Shown in pieces: positions 30,835 to 43,309 of a DNA stretch of 64,000 bases (its first letter is position 1; the number at the start of each line of letters is the position of its first letter). The position numbers and the translations under genes are program-made. Source of the stretch: Coniocarpon cinnabarinum (taxonomy: Eukaryota); the NCBI GenBank assembly GCA_051942205.1, contig JAVECO010000103.1:1-64000 (forward strand), read 5' to 3'. A model generated the notes under the pieces. The model saw nothing but the letters and a program-made list of their open reading frames with translations. It had not been told where the DNA came from and searched no databases.

Positions 30835-31148
30835 CTTGCCACGAAAGTCGAGCTCGGGGTGACGCGTAGTGCTAGTGTCGCTCTGTTGTGTACTGGTAGA
30901 TGTTATGCTGACTGGGCTTTGATCCTCCCAATGCAACTCGCTGGTCCTCAGCCACAGCTGCAGGCACGTGATGTCGTGCTAGCGTCGTGTTGTGCAGGGA
31001 GATGGAATTGTGCCAAGACTGAACTTTGCGGCGAGCTCGACTCCATCTGCCCTCCCAAGTCAATCAAGTTGCCTTCCAACCGACCCACCGTTCGACAGTC
31101 GCGGATCGAGCTTCAGATCTGAGATTGTCGCATTAGCGCGCGCGATAA

Positions 31149-32247
31149 ATGTCTCTTGCTTTCTCAGACGAGGAGCCAGACACCTCGTTGTGGCGGTCTT
31201 TAGAAGATCACCAGACCACAACCCCCACCTCTTTCGTCGATGGTCCTCCGGTCCTTCACGCCCAGCGCACTGGCTGTCACGCGTCTCTCGATCGTTCCTG
31301 TCTCCAAACGGAGCAAGGTCTCAGAAATTGGGTCTATCCTCCACGCGAAGCTGCCACTGAAAGTGATGAGGGGACCGATCAGGCATCGGCTTCACGTCAA
31401 CAACTGGTTAAGACCAATGTTGATGTCTGGATAACGTCGGAGTAAGGTCAGACAACTGCATTCAGCCGCGTAATGCGCTCGCTGACATCGTGTCCTGCTC
31501 AGAGCCCTCGTGCTAGTCTGCAACAGGAACCCAGATTATGCAGTCAAGACTGTTAAAATCCCCTACCCCTCAATATCTCTTCATGCCATTCAAAGCATGT
31601 ATACCCACTCTACGGCTCAGCAAACAGACCATCAGCCGAGCTACAGCAGCTCTCCGAACGCTGAAAATCAAGAAAGTTTGAAAGCACTGTACCTTCAAGT
31701 GGATCTGAAGGTAAACGAGCGAGACAGCAGCAACCCCAACGTGGAAGACATCGACGGAACTCTCGATCTTTTCATAATACCGCCGCCTTTCGCAGAGTCC
31801 ATGGAAGGCGCAAATGGCGATCCTGAAGCAGATCGTGAAGCAACAACGGCCGTTGAGGCTAGAACCGAAGATTTTACAGAGCCCAATCAAAGTATCGTCA
31901 ATGAGCTTTTTGGAGCTTTGAATGCTTGTGCAGACCTATGGCCTGACAACGAAGACGAAGATGACGCGAACGAGATACCAGGAATGATGCCAGCTCTTGG
32001 CAGTATTGAGAATATGCCGACACCACTAGGAGGCACTTGGATTACAGCCGAAAACGCGGATCAGTTCCAGAATGTTTCCATTGACGCTCAGGAAGTACTT
32101 GACGAAGACGGCACTACTCGCATCCTCGGTCCAGGAGCTGGACGCAGGAGGGTAAGGGAAGAAGAAGAAGCGAACGGGGATGTCAATGTTGACGCCCAAA
32201 GCATGAACGGCGATCTGGATGAGACAAAGTGGCGCAGAACGAGTTGA
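31149..32247 (+). CDS. ICln/Lot5-like (Voldacs domain) protein; intron 31442-31502
   Basis: LEDHQTTTPTSF, VDVWITSE|ALVL, IPYPSISLHAIQ, LYLQ, LFGALNACADLWPD, GTWITAENA, acidic tail ending ETKWRRTS. Confidence 0.85.
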
Positions 32248-33628
32248 GGCCTCAGTGCACGTGTCAGACGGTGCAACGCATCATCTGAAGACTCAGCTAG
32301 ACCAATTACCTCCAGAATCCTGCCAGTTCAATACGACGTGAGCGAGGATGCTGCCAATGTAGAACATTTCGGGCAGAACATGCCCACCACAAAGGGCTCA
32401 GAGGGATTGCAACTCTGCGGCCTGTAATGCCATCTGTGAAAGCCACAGCTGCTATCGAAATATCCAAATACGTGTATGTGTGAGTACTGAAGAAATCTGG
32501 CTCCCTAAATACGTGCGCTGAGATACTTCCAACAATGTGCAATTCAAAGATCCCACGACTCTTCCAGTGGCTTATTCCAACTTACAACTCTTGAAGCTCG
32601 CTTCATGACATACGTCCATTGTTACTAAAACGGCTTGGGTTTTCTTTGACAACGACTGGCGTCACGGAGTACCAAGTGCAGCTATTCGACACCTCGTCTA
32701 CGAGGAATCAAATAGTCAAGTCTGGCGACGAACGGCTGCCTCAGATGATCTGCTAATGAGCACTAACGTGAGTTTCTGACGTTACTCAGGGACAGCGTGG
32801 TGGTTGCTGCCTGTTCATTGCCCGGTGTTAGTTGAATGATTTTGACATCATAAGCAGCGTGGAGAAGGGCAGCCTCAAGTGCTACAAAACATGAATCGAT
32901 CGCAGCTATCGGGTCGCATCATCGTGTCTCAGCGGCAGCTGAAACTCAGTCTTCCCTTTCTGCACAGCCACCCTGTGAAGCCACTTGAAGTAAGCCCCCC
33001 ATCCGCCAACGTCCTTTTCATGTTCTATACAGCGGCATGTGTACTAGTATTAATTCACGCTGGCAGAGCCAAGCGGTCTACTTCGTGGTCGCGGCTGATC
33101 TGTCTGTCATGAAATGCACGTGATCTTGCTTAGCTTTCGACAAGACTTCCACTTTCGTTTTCACAGACTGACTTGGTCCCCTCTGCTAGGACATTTGGTC
33201 GATCAAAACTTGAGAAGCAAAACCAGTGCGCAGTGTGAGACGCGGAAGTATATTGTTTAGCGCGAACGTGCCCAAATCTCCTTGCCGCCAGCGTTACCGT
33301 TTACAAGTTGGACACTGTTCGTATCTGCCTCTGTAGGAGCAACACAAACAAACATTCAAGCTTTCCACTTTAGGTTGCTTGCATTTCGTGTCAGACGCAT
33401 GTCCGGGCGAGACACGGTTCGCCTGACATCTTCCTAACGAAGCTCAGCGAAATCGCGTCATTGTGCTCTTGCACGCTCTTCCGGACCATCAACACACAAG
33501 GCGTTGAAATATCGTCTACGCGTCAAACATTCAACAACCCGCATTCGGTCGATTGCGCTTATGAGGCAGCCCTTTTCCAAGCCGTTTGGAGCGTTGACGC
33601 GTCTTTGACTGCGCGTTCATATGTAATT

Positions 33629-34429
33629 ATGGCTGCGCTGCGAATATCCACGCGCTATGATGACGACCATCATCACGGACCAGCACAGCTCCTGACACCG
33701 GTCTCTGATGCTCTTTCTCTGGATGAGCAATCTTTACCCGATCCTAACTCAAAAGAGCCCCTGCCACGTCGTTCGCGTCGTCACCGTCGTCCGTCAACAA
33801 AGGCTGCTGCGCTACGTGTCACGCCTAGTTCATCACCAGTTCCCAAGCTGCAAGACTCGAAGCAGAGCTCTCCGATGATTCGTCGAGGGCCAGAACCGAG
33901 AAGCTCAGAATTTTTTCTTGTCCACGTCAAGGATGTGGCGTTGAGGTCCAAATATGCATCAAGCCCGCCAGCTACCGCTCCCCCAGCTCCACTTACAGCT
34001 GTCAAGGAAGACGAAAGCGATCTCAGCGATGTCAATGAGCAATTCCTGGTAGATTGTGAGAAGAAGGGTGTTGATGGGATTATCAGCAGAGTTGTACAGA
34101 CGCCTGCTGCCCGAAAACAGCTCCTAACCTCCTCCCTGGCGCAACTGGCTCAACAAGACCCTGAACTGCAACGAGCGCTGGCGCTACAAGCATACCCAGC
34201 TTACAATCCTTTCCGGTATCCACGCGACACGATTGCTTTGGACGCTCCTGTGGGTCGAGCTAGACCGATTCCATCTACCTTGATAAGGCGAAAAACTCAG
34301 CATCAGCTGCGGAAGAAGGCGAAGGTCCATACCCACTGTTCAGCTTCGAGACTTCCGCGATCTACGAAGTTGCGCGCGTTCAACATCATTAGCAATTATT
34401 CGTGGAGCAAGCCGAGCATGCGTCGCTGA
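33629..34429 (+). CDS. Hypothetical protein (basic, low complexity)
   Basis: Long open frame with ATG at ~33629 (MAALRISTRYDDD...); no recognisable domain; 3' end uncertain. Confidence 0.45.
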   Translation: MAALRISTRYDDDHHHGPAQLLTPVSDALSLDEQSLPDPNSKEPLPRRSRRHRRPSTKAAALRVTPSSSPVPKLQDSKQSSPMIRRGPEPRSSEFFLVHVKDVALRSKYASSPPATAPPAPLTAVKEDESDLSDVNEQFLVDCEKKGVDGIISRVVQTPAARKQLLTSSLAQLAQQDPELQRALALQAYPAYNPFRYPRDTIALDAPVGRARPIPSTLIRRKTQHQLRKKAKVHTHCSASRLPRSTKLRAFNIISNYSWSKPSMRR

Positions 34430-35049
34430 TGTCATTATACCTGCTGGACGAAACGCCCAGTGCCGAGGAACTTCTCTCAGAATCTCCTCTCAGGGCGAAG
34501 CTTGAAATACTTGTCCTTAGAAACTTCATCCATGCCATATACTTGGTCTGGTCTCGAACTTTATTTGATCTATGAGTGCACAAAGGAGCCAGTGTCTCAC
34601 CAGACAAACCCCGTTCTCTGCCTTAGCACCTTGCCGTATTCTTAGTTTCTTCACACTGTTTTTGAAGCCGATCTCTGTATTCTTATATCTTCGAAACTCT
34701 GCAAGAACATTCCATACTGTAAGTGTTATGGTTGCGCCTTCCACAAAAGCGGTGCGGTCCTGCTGTACAGTTAGCTCTGAGCACCCTCAATGCCTTCCTC
34801 TTCTTCACGATACCCGGTGCAACCATAAGCAGCGCCTCTAAAGACTTGTGCTCGTTTCACTTCATTCAATACTCTCATTATATCTGCCATTGACATCGCG
34901 CAACATTCTTTCATCACATTTGTAGCCCAATTATCTCCTTGGCAGACCTTCACTTGCTTTGACGCACACACTCCTCATTCCAAGAAAAAAATACGCACCA
35001 AAAAGGCTTCCGAAGGCAACTGCCTTTGGACAAGATCTCTCGCACCGTT

Positions 35050-36050
35050 ATGGAATCGACAGATACCGAGGCGCAGAAGCCAGCAGAGGTTCCTGAGATT
35101 TCCATGCCCACTGCGCCAGACGCTTCTTCGCAGGGCGAGCGTCCAAGTCATAGATCTACAGACTTGAGCCAGGATCAGCAGTGTAGCCTAAGCGAAATTT
35201 GCACTTTTTCAATCTCATCTACAGTAGGTGCACCGATTATACTTCAGGTAGTAGAGCTACTTACATCCCTGAGAAACAGCAAAGTCCGGCGTCGGCTTCC
35301 GTTCGTACGAGCAACATTCTCGAGCCACCTCGTGAAGAGGACGTCGTGAGTCAGCTTCGTCCCACGCATTCTAGGGCGGCCACGGCCCCGGAAAGCACTC
35401 AAAAGCATCAGGAACAGTTAATAGCAGCAGCCGACGTGCGGCGTGAGACGCTTTCTGAGACTGATGTTCCTGTTGCTGGGACAGAGATGCCTACACTCTT
35501 CAGCTCGGGTGCAACAACAGAATTCGCCGCTGTCAATTTCATGGAGATTTTGATGAATGCTGCAATTAGCCACGAAACCAGACAGCCTCGTCCAAGCGCC
35601 AACACTGAGGTGAGGCGTCGTTCGAATGCCTCTGCAGGAGCCTCAAACAGACGAGTCTCATCTCCAGAAAGGCGCCTGAACGAGAGATATCTCCGCCGAC
35701 CGACCTCCCAAGAGATGGAGGCGGTCCAACGCGCTCGAGCGGAAATGAATGCGCGAACAACAACAAGGGTAGACGGAAACGACTGCCTATCTCAAAAGCT
35801 TGCTACTTTCAAGGACAGCAAGAAGGAAGACCTCAAAGATTGCTGGGGGTTCGTAAAGTTATGGGTATAGGAACTGCCGCGAGATGCCCTCGTCTGGTTG
35901 TGGTTCCTCATGGTTGAATTCGCATGGTGGGTGTTTTGTAAATACAAGTATTGGAAGAACCGAGCTATTGTTAGCCGATATCAGCAGGAAGATGAGGGGA
36001 GGCTCCGTGCGACTGACGTTGAAGCACTAGTGTTTCCTGCAGGGCTTTGA
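35050..36050 (+). pseudogene. Hypothetical gene interrupted by an in-frame TAG (35868-35870): pseudogene or recoded gene
   Basis: The ORF from ATG 35050 can join the 35199 frame only through a weak GTGTAG..CAG intron (35181-35224); the frame stays open 59 codons past the TAG with a TM-like segment. Confidence 0.4.
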
Positions 36051-37298
36051 GGGGAAGCAATTTCCGGTCTTTTTAGTCTAGTTGTTAGTGAGCAGAAACG
36101 CATCTGCTACAGGCAACCTTGCGGCAGCTCGGAATAGTCATGAAGACAATTATCTTGACGTTCATCTTTTCTCCAACGTGGTTGAGCTCGAAGTATCGTC
36201 CACGAGACTCGTGAACATCATACAAACGAAGAAAACCAGCGTAGACCATTCAGGAGTTACTCGTGTAAGTGATTGTGCAAAGGCGCTTGAGAAGCTGCAT
36301 AAATCCCTGACAGTCATACACTTCGGTCATGCAAGTATATGTTTGCTTAATATATCAGTCAAAGTTCCCATCGCTGCAGAATTCTTTTGTTGCTTCAAAT
36401 TGACCCAAATGGGACACGTTACAAAGTGGAGAGCAGAGTGGGACTTCACCGGATAAGCACATACGAAGATCTTTATCGAGACATGTTTACGGCTTGAGTT
36501 TTCTTGTGCACCACAGGGAGCCTCAAACTTACTCACACACCTTTCAGAAAAGCCAAGGCTGACTTCCGGGAAGGGGAGTTTCAGCAAAGTCTTCATGGAG
36601 TAGCCAGGAGCAGAGCTTAAGTCTATATTAGCAAGTTCGCATCTAGGCAGACGTGTTCGCTTTCAGAAGACCCATTCATATTACCCACAAGCCTTGATTC
36701 CGTCTTACTAGAAGCGATTTCCCAGATACTAGCTTTCAGCAGACACAGTTTATAGGATATGTTGGGTATAGAATGAAGAGCTTACAGGACTGGCAGCTTG
36801 GGAGTTTAACGGCTCGTGTGACAAGCCTCTCCTAGCGACACGTGCTCTTTCGGTGGATGTGGGAATTGTTTAGGCTTGAAGGCACGCCGTGAAGCGCTGC
36901 GTATTGTTTGGCCTTGGAAGGATCGTAAGGATAAAGGAAAGCAAAGTCCATGCTATCTTCCTACCTTCGGCTTTCGGACGGCAGGAAAGTTTGTAAAAGC
37001 GAGCTCAAGTTGATCTTCCTACACGCCTATCAATGTAGCTTTGAAAACGATGTGATCTCGTCCAATACCTTTAGGGCTGCTGAGTAGCTGAGAATTTATC
37101 TCGGGCGAAGATTGTAAAGGTGAATTTATAGCCTGCTTACGTAAGCGACGCGCTTAGGCTGGTGCGCCGTTCCTGAGCTCCAAAGAAGTTCAAAATCGGT
37201 ATTCTGCTGCTGTGGACTCTCAAATCGATTTCTCGATCGTGCACCTTGATCACTAGGCTCAGCCCTCCGTCGAGCATCTAAAGCTTGTCCACCCCAAC

Positions 37299-38215
37299 AT
37301 GGCCAACCCCCGCGTCGAAGAGCTCCCCGACGAGCCAGAGAACGACAAGAAGGCACAAGCCGAGGACGCTGATTCGAGCTCAGCAAGTGAAGTCGAAGGC
37401 GGCGAAGCTGGGGATGGTACGTCGACCTCACCTCCCTATGGTCGTCAAATTCTGGCTGCTGCCGCAATACTTTCTCTGCCCAGCCCAGCAATATCATGAA
37501 CTCGATAGTGAAGCGACACTGACGCTTGCACCCTATAGCTTCCATCCCTCCAGGAGCTTCCGTAGCTGTGCATTCGCGCAACGAGAAAAAGGCGCGCAAA
37601 GCCATTGGCAAGCTCGGTCTCAAGCATGTCGAAGGCATTACGAGAGTCACTCTGCGAAGGCCGAAAGGCGTTCTCCTTGTCATCAGCAACCCTGACGTTT
37701 ACAAGAGCCCCAGCAGCAACACTTGGATGTACGTGTCAAGCCTGAATTTTGCATCACACATCAATAAGGGCAATGAATGAGCTATGATTGTTGTCCCTAC
37801 CTGCAGAAACAGTCCACTGATTTGTTACCTAGCATTTTCGGTGAAGCCAAGATTGAAGACTTGAACTCGCAAGCTCAAGCCTCTGCTGCGCAACAATTGG
37901 CCGCCGCTGAACAACAGAATGCGGCAGCCAGCGCGGCAGGCGAGACTGCGCCAGGGAAGGGCAAAGCACCTGCAGCTGTTGAGGGCAAGAAAGATGACGA
38001 CGAAGACGAAGAAGAAGGCGAGATTGATGACAGCGGACTTGAGCAAAAGGTGCAGTAGATTGGGAGTGGACGCGATGCAATTACATTCACTGACTCACGC
38101 TCAGGATATCGAGCTTGTCATGACCCAGGCCAGTTGCTCAAAGCGGAAAGCTTGCAAAGCGTTGAAAGAAAACGATGGGGACATTGTGAACTCAATCATG
38201 GCACTTAGCATATAA
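37299..38215 (+). CDS. EGD2: Nascent polypeptide-associated complex subunit alpha; introns 37417-37538, 37729-37832, 38050-38104
   Basis: [62 protein letters not shown] tail [12 protein letters not shown]...[18 protein letters not shown]. Confidence 0.97.
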
Positions 38216-38686
38216 AAGGAGCATCAAGTGGCTACTGATCGTGAAAAGCGGACTTTGTCGCACGTAGCAATCGAAGAATGGTGTCGGAAGAGGCTGAAAG
38301 AAGTTGAGGACTTCCCTGCACCATCGTAGCTGCACTTATGCTTTGGCAATCAAAGGCCAGCATGAGTCACCAAGCAGATCGCGCGTGTTGATGAGTCCGT
38401 GTCCGTCAACTCGAACGCCTTGTTGCCATACAAGTCTGGTGTACAGATCTTAAAATCAAGGGAGCGCTTCTCTAGTGCAGCGCTGTTTTGGAAACGGCGA
38501 ATGGACATCCACCTTGCCATTTACATTTACTTCCTTTGTTCATATTTGTGCGTCCTATTTTCCATTGCCTAGGCTCGAATGTCGACTTCAAATAGATTGC
38601 ACCAGCCGACTAGACTGGAACAATGCATTGATTCTGTATCGGATGAAACCGATTCCGTCTCTAACTTCCTGCCCGTTCTTGAGGTC

Positions 38687-39384
38687 TTACAGCACAGACA
38701 AATCTCCAAACTTTTCTTTGTAGCCGGCTGGCATCCACCGGTGGTTCTTGACCATGTGCTCTACCTTCTTCTCAATCTCCGGCTGAGCTTCCATCACTTC
38801 ATCCACCGTCAACTCGTCAAATGGTCGTGCTGACTCAATGTTCTTGAGAGTGGTCGCAAGGTCCTTTAGCTCAGACTCTACAAGTTTGCTTGTCTCTTCG
38901 GCATTCTTTACGGCTTGGACCTAGTGCAGAGACGTGTTAGCCGACATATACAAGAGTTTGAGTTGCTCGAAAACGACAACTTGGTACTGTCTCTGTTGCG
39001 GGTACGGTCGGTAATGCTGACAGTGAAGACTCGTGTACTGACCTCGAATGTCTCAATGCCCTTGATCTGCCGCTGGACGTCGTAGCTCTGCATTTTATAA
39101 CCCTTCATCTGCCTCTCAACTTCGTCCACTGCAGTCTTGTTGTTCAGAACATCACGGTAGTGCTGGAAGTCCACCATCTGTGGCTGCTCAGAAAGCTGCT
39201 GCACCCTTCTTCGTGCATCATCGTTGCGTTTTTTGAAAGCAGCGAGGGCGTTGGCTGTTCCGCCACGGAGTCCGAGGTTGGAGGTAATGCGATTCCAGTC
39301 CACCTTGGCGGCAGCGCGAGCCTGCGCTCCATTAGCGGTTGACGGAGATGATTTGCTGTGCGCTACACGTACCGTTGCTGCCAT
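38687..39384 (-). CDS. ATP7: Mitochondrial ATP synthase subunit d; introns 39322-39372 and 38921-39042
   Basis: Spliced product [13 protein letters not shown]...[13 protein letters not shown]...VDFQHYR...[13 protein letters not shown]...[16 protein letters not shown]...[12 protein letters not shown]. Confidence 0.96.
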
Positions 39385-39646
39385 TCTGAGCGAGAAGGCG
39401 AGACGTAAAAGAAACGAAGCTGATATACACTGAATACACTCGCAAGGAGTTTGAGACAAGGTCGAAACTCGCTGAAGCTAAGCAAGGGTAGGCCCACAAA
39501 ATGAGGCACTCTTGCACGTGAGAGAGTGCTTACGACGTGTGCCGCCTATCTTTCTACAGCGACATCGACGACGTCCGGCCTGGGGACCGTGCTCAAGCTG
39601 CTTTATCTAGGGAGCTTGTACCGTAAATCTTAGGTGCGTCTGGGAC

Positions 39647-41158
39647 ATGGCTTCTACAGTATATAAGACCCGGTTACGAAGTGTTTGGCGGTCCTTGGTA
39701 TCCCCCCAGTGGCACAGGAAGGGACTCTGGAACAATCGCATAGATTGTAGAGTGACCGCCTTCGTTCGCACATTCCAAACAAACAAATGCCTCCAAGAAT
39801 ACCCTAAGGAAGGCGTTTTCCAACCCAATTCCCCTACAAGACCTCTCCCTCAGACACCATCGCACCCAAATACGTATTTTCCACAGCAAATTCAGCCACA
39901 GTCTCCTCATTACTCTCCTGAACCACCGCCGCAGCCGCCTCCGGCTTTCTCTCGCTCGAGAACGTCTGTCACCTTGTCCTATGCCACACGAGCCTTGTTC
40001 TTCATTACATTTTGTGGTGTAGGCTTCGTCTACCTCACATCAGAAGGCCTAGCTCGTGCGCCGATACCGTTCCCGCCTGGCTCCTCCGAGGATCAAGAGG
40101 AGCTCAAGCTGCTAGCTGAGGAGCATGATGCACTCCCCCTTGTGCAGGACCTGCGGTCAATCTACCGCGTTGATCCCAGCACTGGCCATCGTGAGCGACT
40201 GTGGAAAGAATGGATTGCATACCGCGGCCTGTCAGACCCTACATCTACCAGTGCAAGTTTGGAGCGAAGGGAACATATGCTCAGCACTGGTCCGTTGAAA
40301 GGCAGTCAAGGACTTGCAGCTCAAAGCGTGTTCTACAATGAAAGAAGTGGTCAAGTCATGGTATTTGTGAACTTTGGCGAAGGGTGCTGCGGCTGGCCAG
40401 GTGTAGTGCACGGCGGGGCAGTCGCAACACTTATGGACGAGGGCTTGGGTAGGGTCGCTGCAAAAAGTGCTGCATGGGATGCGTCCTCCTGTTCAGATGC
40501 CACGGAACAACGGAGCTCTCAAATGAACGAAAATGGCGCATCTCTTAAACGAAGTGTAGTCACTGCGAGACTGGAGATGAATTATCTCGAGAAGGTCGAA
40601 CCAGGGCAATGGTTTGTTCTCTTAGGTCAGTTAAGTGAACGGGCGGATACCTCTCCAGTGAGCGACGACGTCTTTGCCTATGAAGTGAGGAACGACACGT
40701 CGGCAGATTCACCGTCGCGAACGAGCTTCACAGGCAGTGGTGCTTGGCATCGCCAGCATGGCTTCGATCGGTCAGCTGCAACTCCATCGAGCAACGCCTC
40801 TAACCCTGTGTCTGCGCCATCCGCACATTTAGTGACATCTCCTCTCACGGGATCACAGCCTAATCAAACCCTCAAAGATCAGACTGGCTCCGCAAGTGAA
40901 AAACATGATGAAATCAGTCTAGGCTTCCGTCGCTCTACAGACCGCAAGAAATATGCTATCGGAACGCTCCTGTGTTGCTCTGAACTGGGCCCAAATATCC
41001 AAGATATTGTTGAGGTTTTCGGGCAAGCTGAAGCCAGTAAAAGTGATGATGCGAATCAACTACCTCCAAACGGTCAGGGCGGTGTTCATGTGCACGCGAT
41101 CGGACAGGGGTTGTGGATTGTCAACGACGAAATACCCCCGCCACCCGACGAATTTTGA
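39647..41158 (+). CDS. Mitochondrial hot-dog fold thioesterase family protein (Fmp10-like) with low-complexity insertions
   Basis: Basic N-terminus, one TM segment, motif FGEGCCGWPGVVHGGAVATLMDEGLGR and VTARLEMNY; divergent from ATP7 (262 bp apart). Confidence 0.85.
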   Translation: MASTVYKTRLRSVWRSLVSPQWHRKGLWNNRIDCRVTAFVRTFQTNKCLQEYPKEGVFQPNSPTRPLPQTPSHPNTYFPQQIQPQSPHYSPEPPPQPPPAFSRSRTSVTLSYATRALFFITFCGVGFVYLTSEGLARAPIPFPPGSSEDQEELKLLAEEHDALPLVQDLRSIYRVDPSTGHRERLWKEWIAYRGLSDPTSTSASLERREHMLSTGPLKGSQGLAAQSVFYNERSGQVMVFVNFGEGCCGWPGVVHGGAVATLMDEGLGRVAAKSAAWDASSCSDATEQRSSQMNENGASLKRSVVTARLEMNYLEKVEPGQWFVLLGQLSERADTSPVSDDVFAYEVRNDTSADSPSRTSFTGSGAWHRQHGFDRSAATPSSNASNPVSAPSAHLVTSPLTGSQPNQTLKDQTGSASEKHDEISLGFRRSTDRKKYAIGTLLCCSELGPNIQDIVEVFGQAEASKSDDANQLPPNGQGGVHVHAIGQGLWIVNDEIPPPPDEF

Positions 41159-41518
41159 GTAGTCGGTTAGTACAAATAACTTTTGAAGCACATCTGGCGG
41201 CGTGCAGTACTTCTAGCGAGGCGTTAGGGCTACCGTAACAGCAATGTTGGGCATTGTTCTTGGTCCACGCAGCTCGTAGGCTACGAGTTGATTGTGGAGC
41301 GAGCTTATTATGAAGCAGCGGGATGCATGGAGCGGTGTTTTGGTCTAGAGTCCAACAGCCAGCTCACAGGACTTTTCACGAATGGCACTACCCTCGGTCC
41401 ATCATTCGAGGAGATTAAACAACCAGGCCTTACTACAAAAACACGCGGAAGCAGTGAATATCTTCCAGAGACATGGCAAATCCTTATTCACTTTTCACGG
41501 GCCGACTGCTTCTATCTT

Positions 41519-42466
41519 TCATTGCATTCCACCCCAAAGCCTAGTGTTAATCTTTCTTTCACATGTCACGCACGTATCACCATCGTTTTCCTTCGCAACA
41601 AGCGCCTTGGCCAAGGATCGAGACCGGAATTTATCACTTCGAGTGCGTCCATAATTTGTCCAGCTTGGGAAAGCAATAGCATTGCTATTTGCCCACACAC
41701 TCATGCCCAACTTACCCGTCAAACACCTGACACTGTCGGCGCTGCGTGAGTCAACAATGAAATTCCGACTGTGATGAACAAATGGCGAGGTGGAGGGTGC
41801 ACGTTTGATCTGACTCACCTTGACCTCCGTGCATACGATTTCAAACTGCGTGCATTGCTGCTGCTGTTTGACTGGCTGGGTTGGGACCGTCCAACGGATG
41901 CGCTGGAGAGCGGTGCGCGTTTTGTTGGTCTCGTCTTCGATCACCGGCCCGTTGCTACTGACTTCAGATGCCGAGTCGTTGTTCACTGCTTCAGGCTGTG
42001 TTGATACTTGCTCCATCATTAGTAACTCGCATTCGGCGTCAAGTTCTTGAACCAGCCTTTTCGCCTCGCTAGACTTTGTGTTACCAGCCAACAAACCACG
42101 CAAAGAAGTCACAGCAGTCGACTTGTCGGCTGAGCTGAACAATGTCTCAGTCCTCTCTGCAGTGGGCGGGATGATGTCGTTCTCCACACCCAGGAGAATA
42201 CATTGGCTTAACATGGCAGTTCCAAGGTCAAGCAATCGCCGCGCTCGCTGCTCAGCCCGCCTCACGTACTCCTGAGCAGCTTGGGTTGCGGCAAGAGCAT
42301 CGAGCTGGCGACTGATGTTTGAGCGAGTGTGCAGTCTTCCTAACTGTGCAGTAATTAGAGGTCGCTCTGCGCAGTGATTATCAATGCTAACGGTAGAGAA
42401 CGACGATGGGGCCGTCGATGACTCTGAGATTGGGGATGTGGAGATTTCACTGGTCAAACTCATCAT
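41519..42466 (-). CDS. Hypothetical protein; 3' part probably spliced, boundaries uncertain
   Basis: 315-codon ATG ORF with helical character; GTGAGT/GTAAGT donors and branch-like sites in the 3' third; no recognisable domain. Confidence 0.35.
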   Translation of the reverse strand: MMSLTSEISTSPISESSTAPSSFSTVSIDNHCAERPLITAQLGRLHTRSNISRQLDALAATQAAQEYVRRAEQRARRLLDLGTAMLSQCILLGVENDIIPPTAERTETLFSSADKSTAVTSLRGLLAGNTKSSEAKRLVQELDAECELLMMEQVSTQPEAVNNDSASEVSSNGPVIEDETNKTRTALQRIRWTVPTQPVKQQQQCTQFEIVCTEVKVSQIKRAPSTSPFVHHSRNFIVDSRSADSVRCLTGKLGMSVWANSNAIAFPSWTNYGRTRSDKFRSRSLAKALVAKENDGDTCVTCERKINTRLWGGMQ

Positions 42467-43309
42467 GGCTCAGCCAATAGAGCTAGTAAGCAAAGCGGTA
42501 TCAAACTCATGCACCAGCGCTTTGTTTTCCTCGTATGAAAATGAGTCTTTGTTGCTAATGCACAACTTGTTCTTAGTCGAAAAAGGTGGCCACGTCGGAA
42601 GTGACACCTGCGGTGCTAACGGCTTGGATCGAGATTGGAACGGGTAGAAGGTGCAAAAATATGTATCTACTGGCGCTGGTTCTGTGCATCGTTGAAATCT
42701 GTACGTTGTGCAAACACAGCACCAACATTGTTCGATTCATAGGGCGTGAGTGACATTGAAACAGCCTATTCATGCTAGCAGATTGCTGCTACAGCAGCGC
42801 ACAGAGAAGATACAGCGAGCCTGTCGATACTCGATTGCATTAAAAATATTCTGTGGACGTTTATGTATTCAAACAGTGTCATGCAGGGTCTCTAGCGCCT
42901 TATCACCAGTTTCAAGTGCCACTGAAGGTCATATGAATAGCGGCAGCAATGCTGTCATGAACCGAGGTATCACTGTGCACGTGCTAGAGTGCAGAGGCAG
43001 ACGTTCTTGCGTGACGCGCTGTCGAGGATTTATGTGGCGTCACACATGGCCATATCTTGGACGGTTGACGGATTCACCAGATCAGAGAACGTTGTTCGGC
43101 TGGCAAAATGTCTGTGCAACAATCAACGAGCTCTCAACGGGCGCCAATTGGTCGAAATGCACTCTTTCAGGGGGCCGATGGATGCCTCATTTCTTTGGAT
43201 AATCCGTGTCCAAGAAAGGCGGGAATCTCAAGGGAGTACTGCAGAGCTGACTGGATCTGGTCCACGATGTCACCGAGCTGATGTTCGTGTGGTGCAGTAA
43301 AGACTAAGA

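Noticed and set aside
34260..34575. Alternative frame with an internal TAG as a second editing candidate
   Set aside because: No splice site found that links it to the upstream ORF frame.
37729..37832. Possible box C/D snoRNA in EGD2 intron 2
   Set aside because: No exact RUGAUGA box; the CTGA coincides with the branch site.
42801..42810. ACAGAGAAGA resembling the U6 snRNA box
   Set aside because: Flanking U6 sequence absent; chance match.
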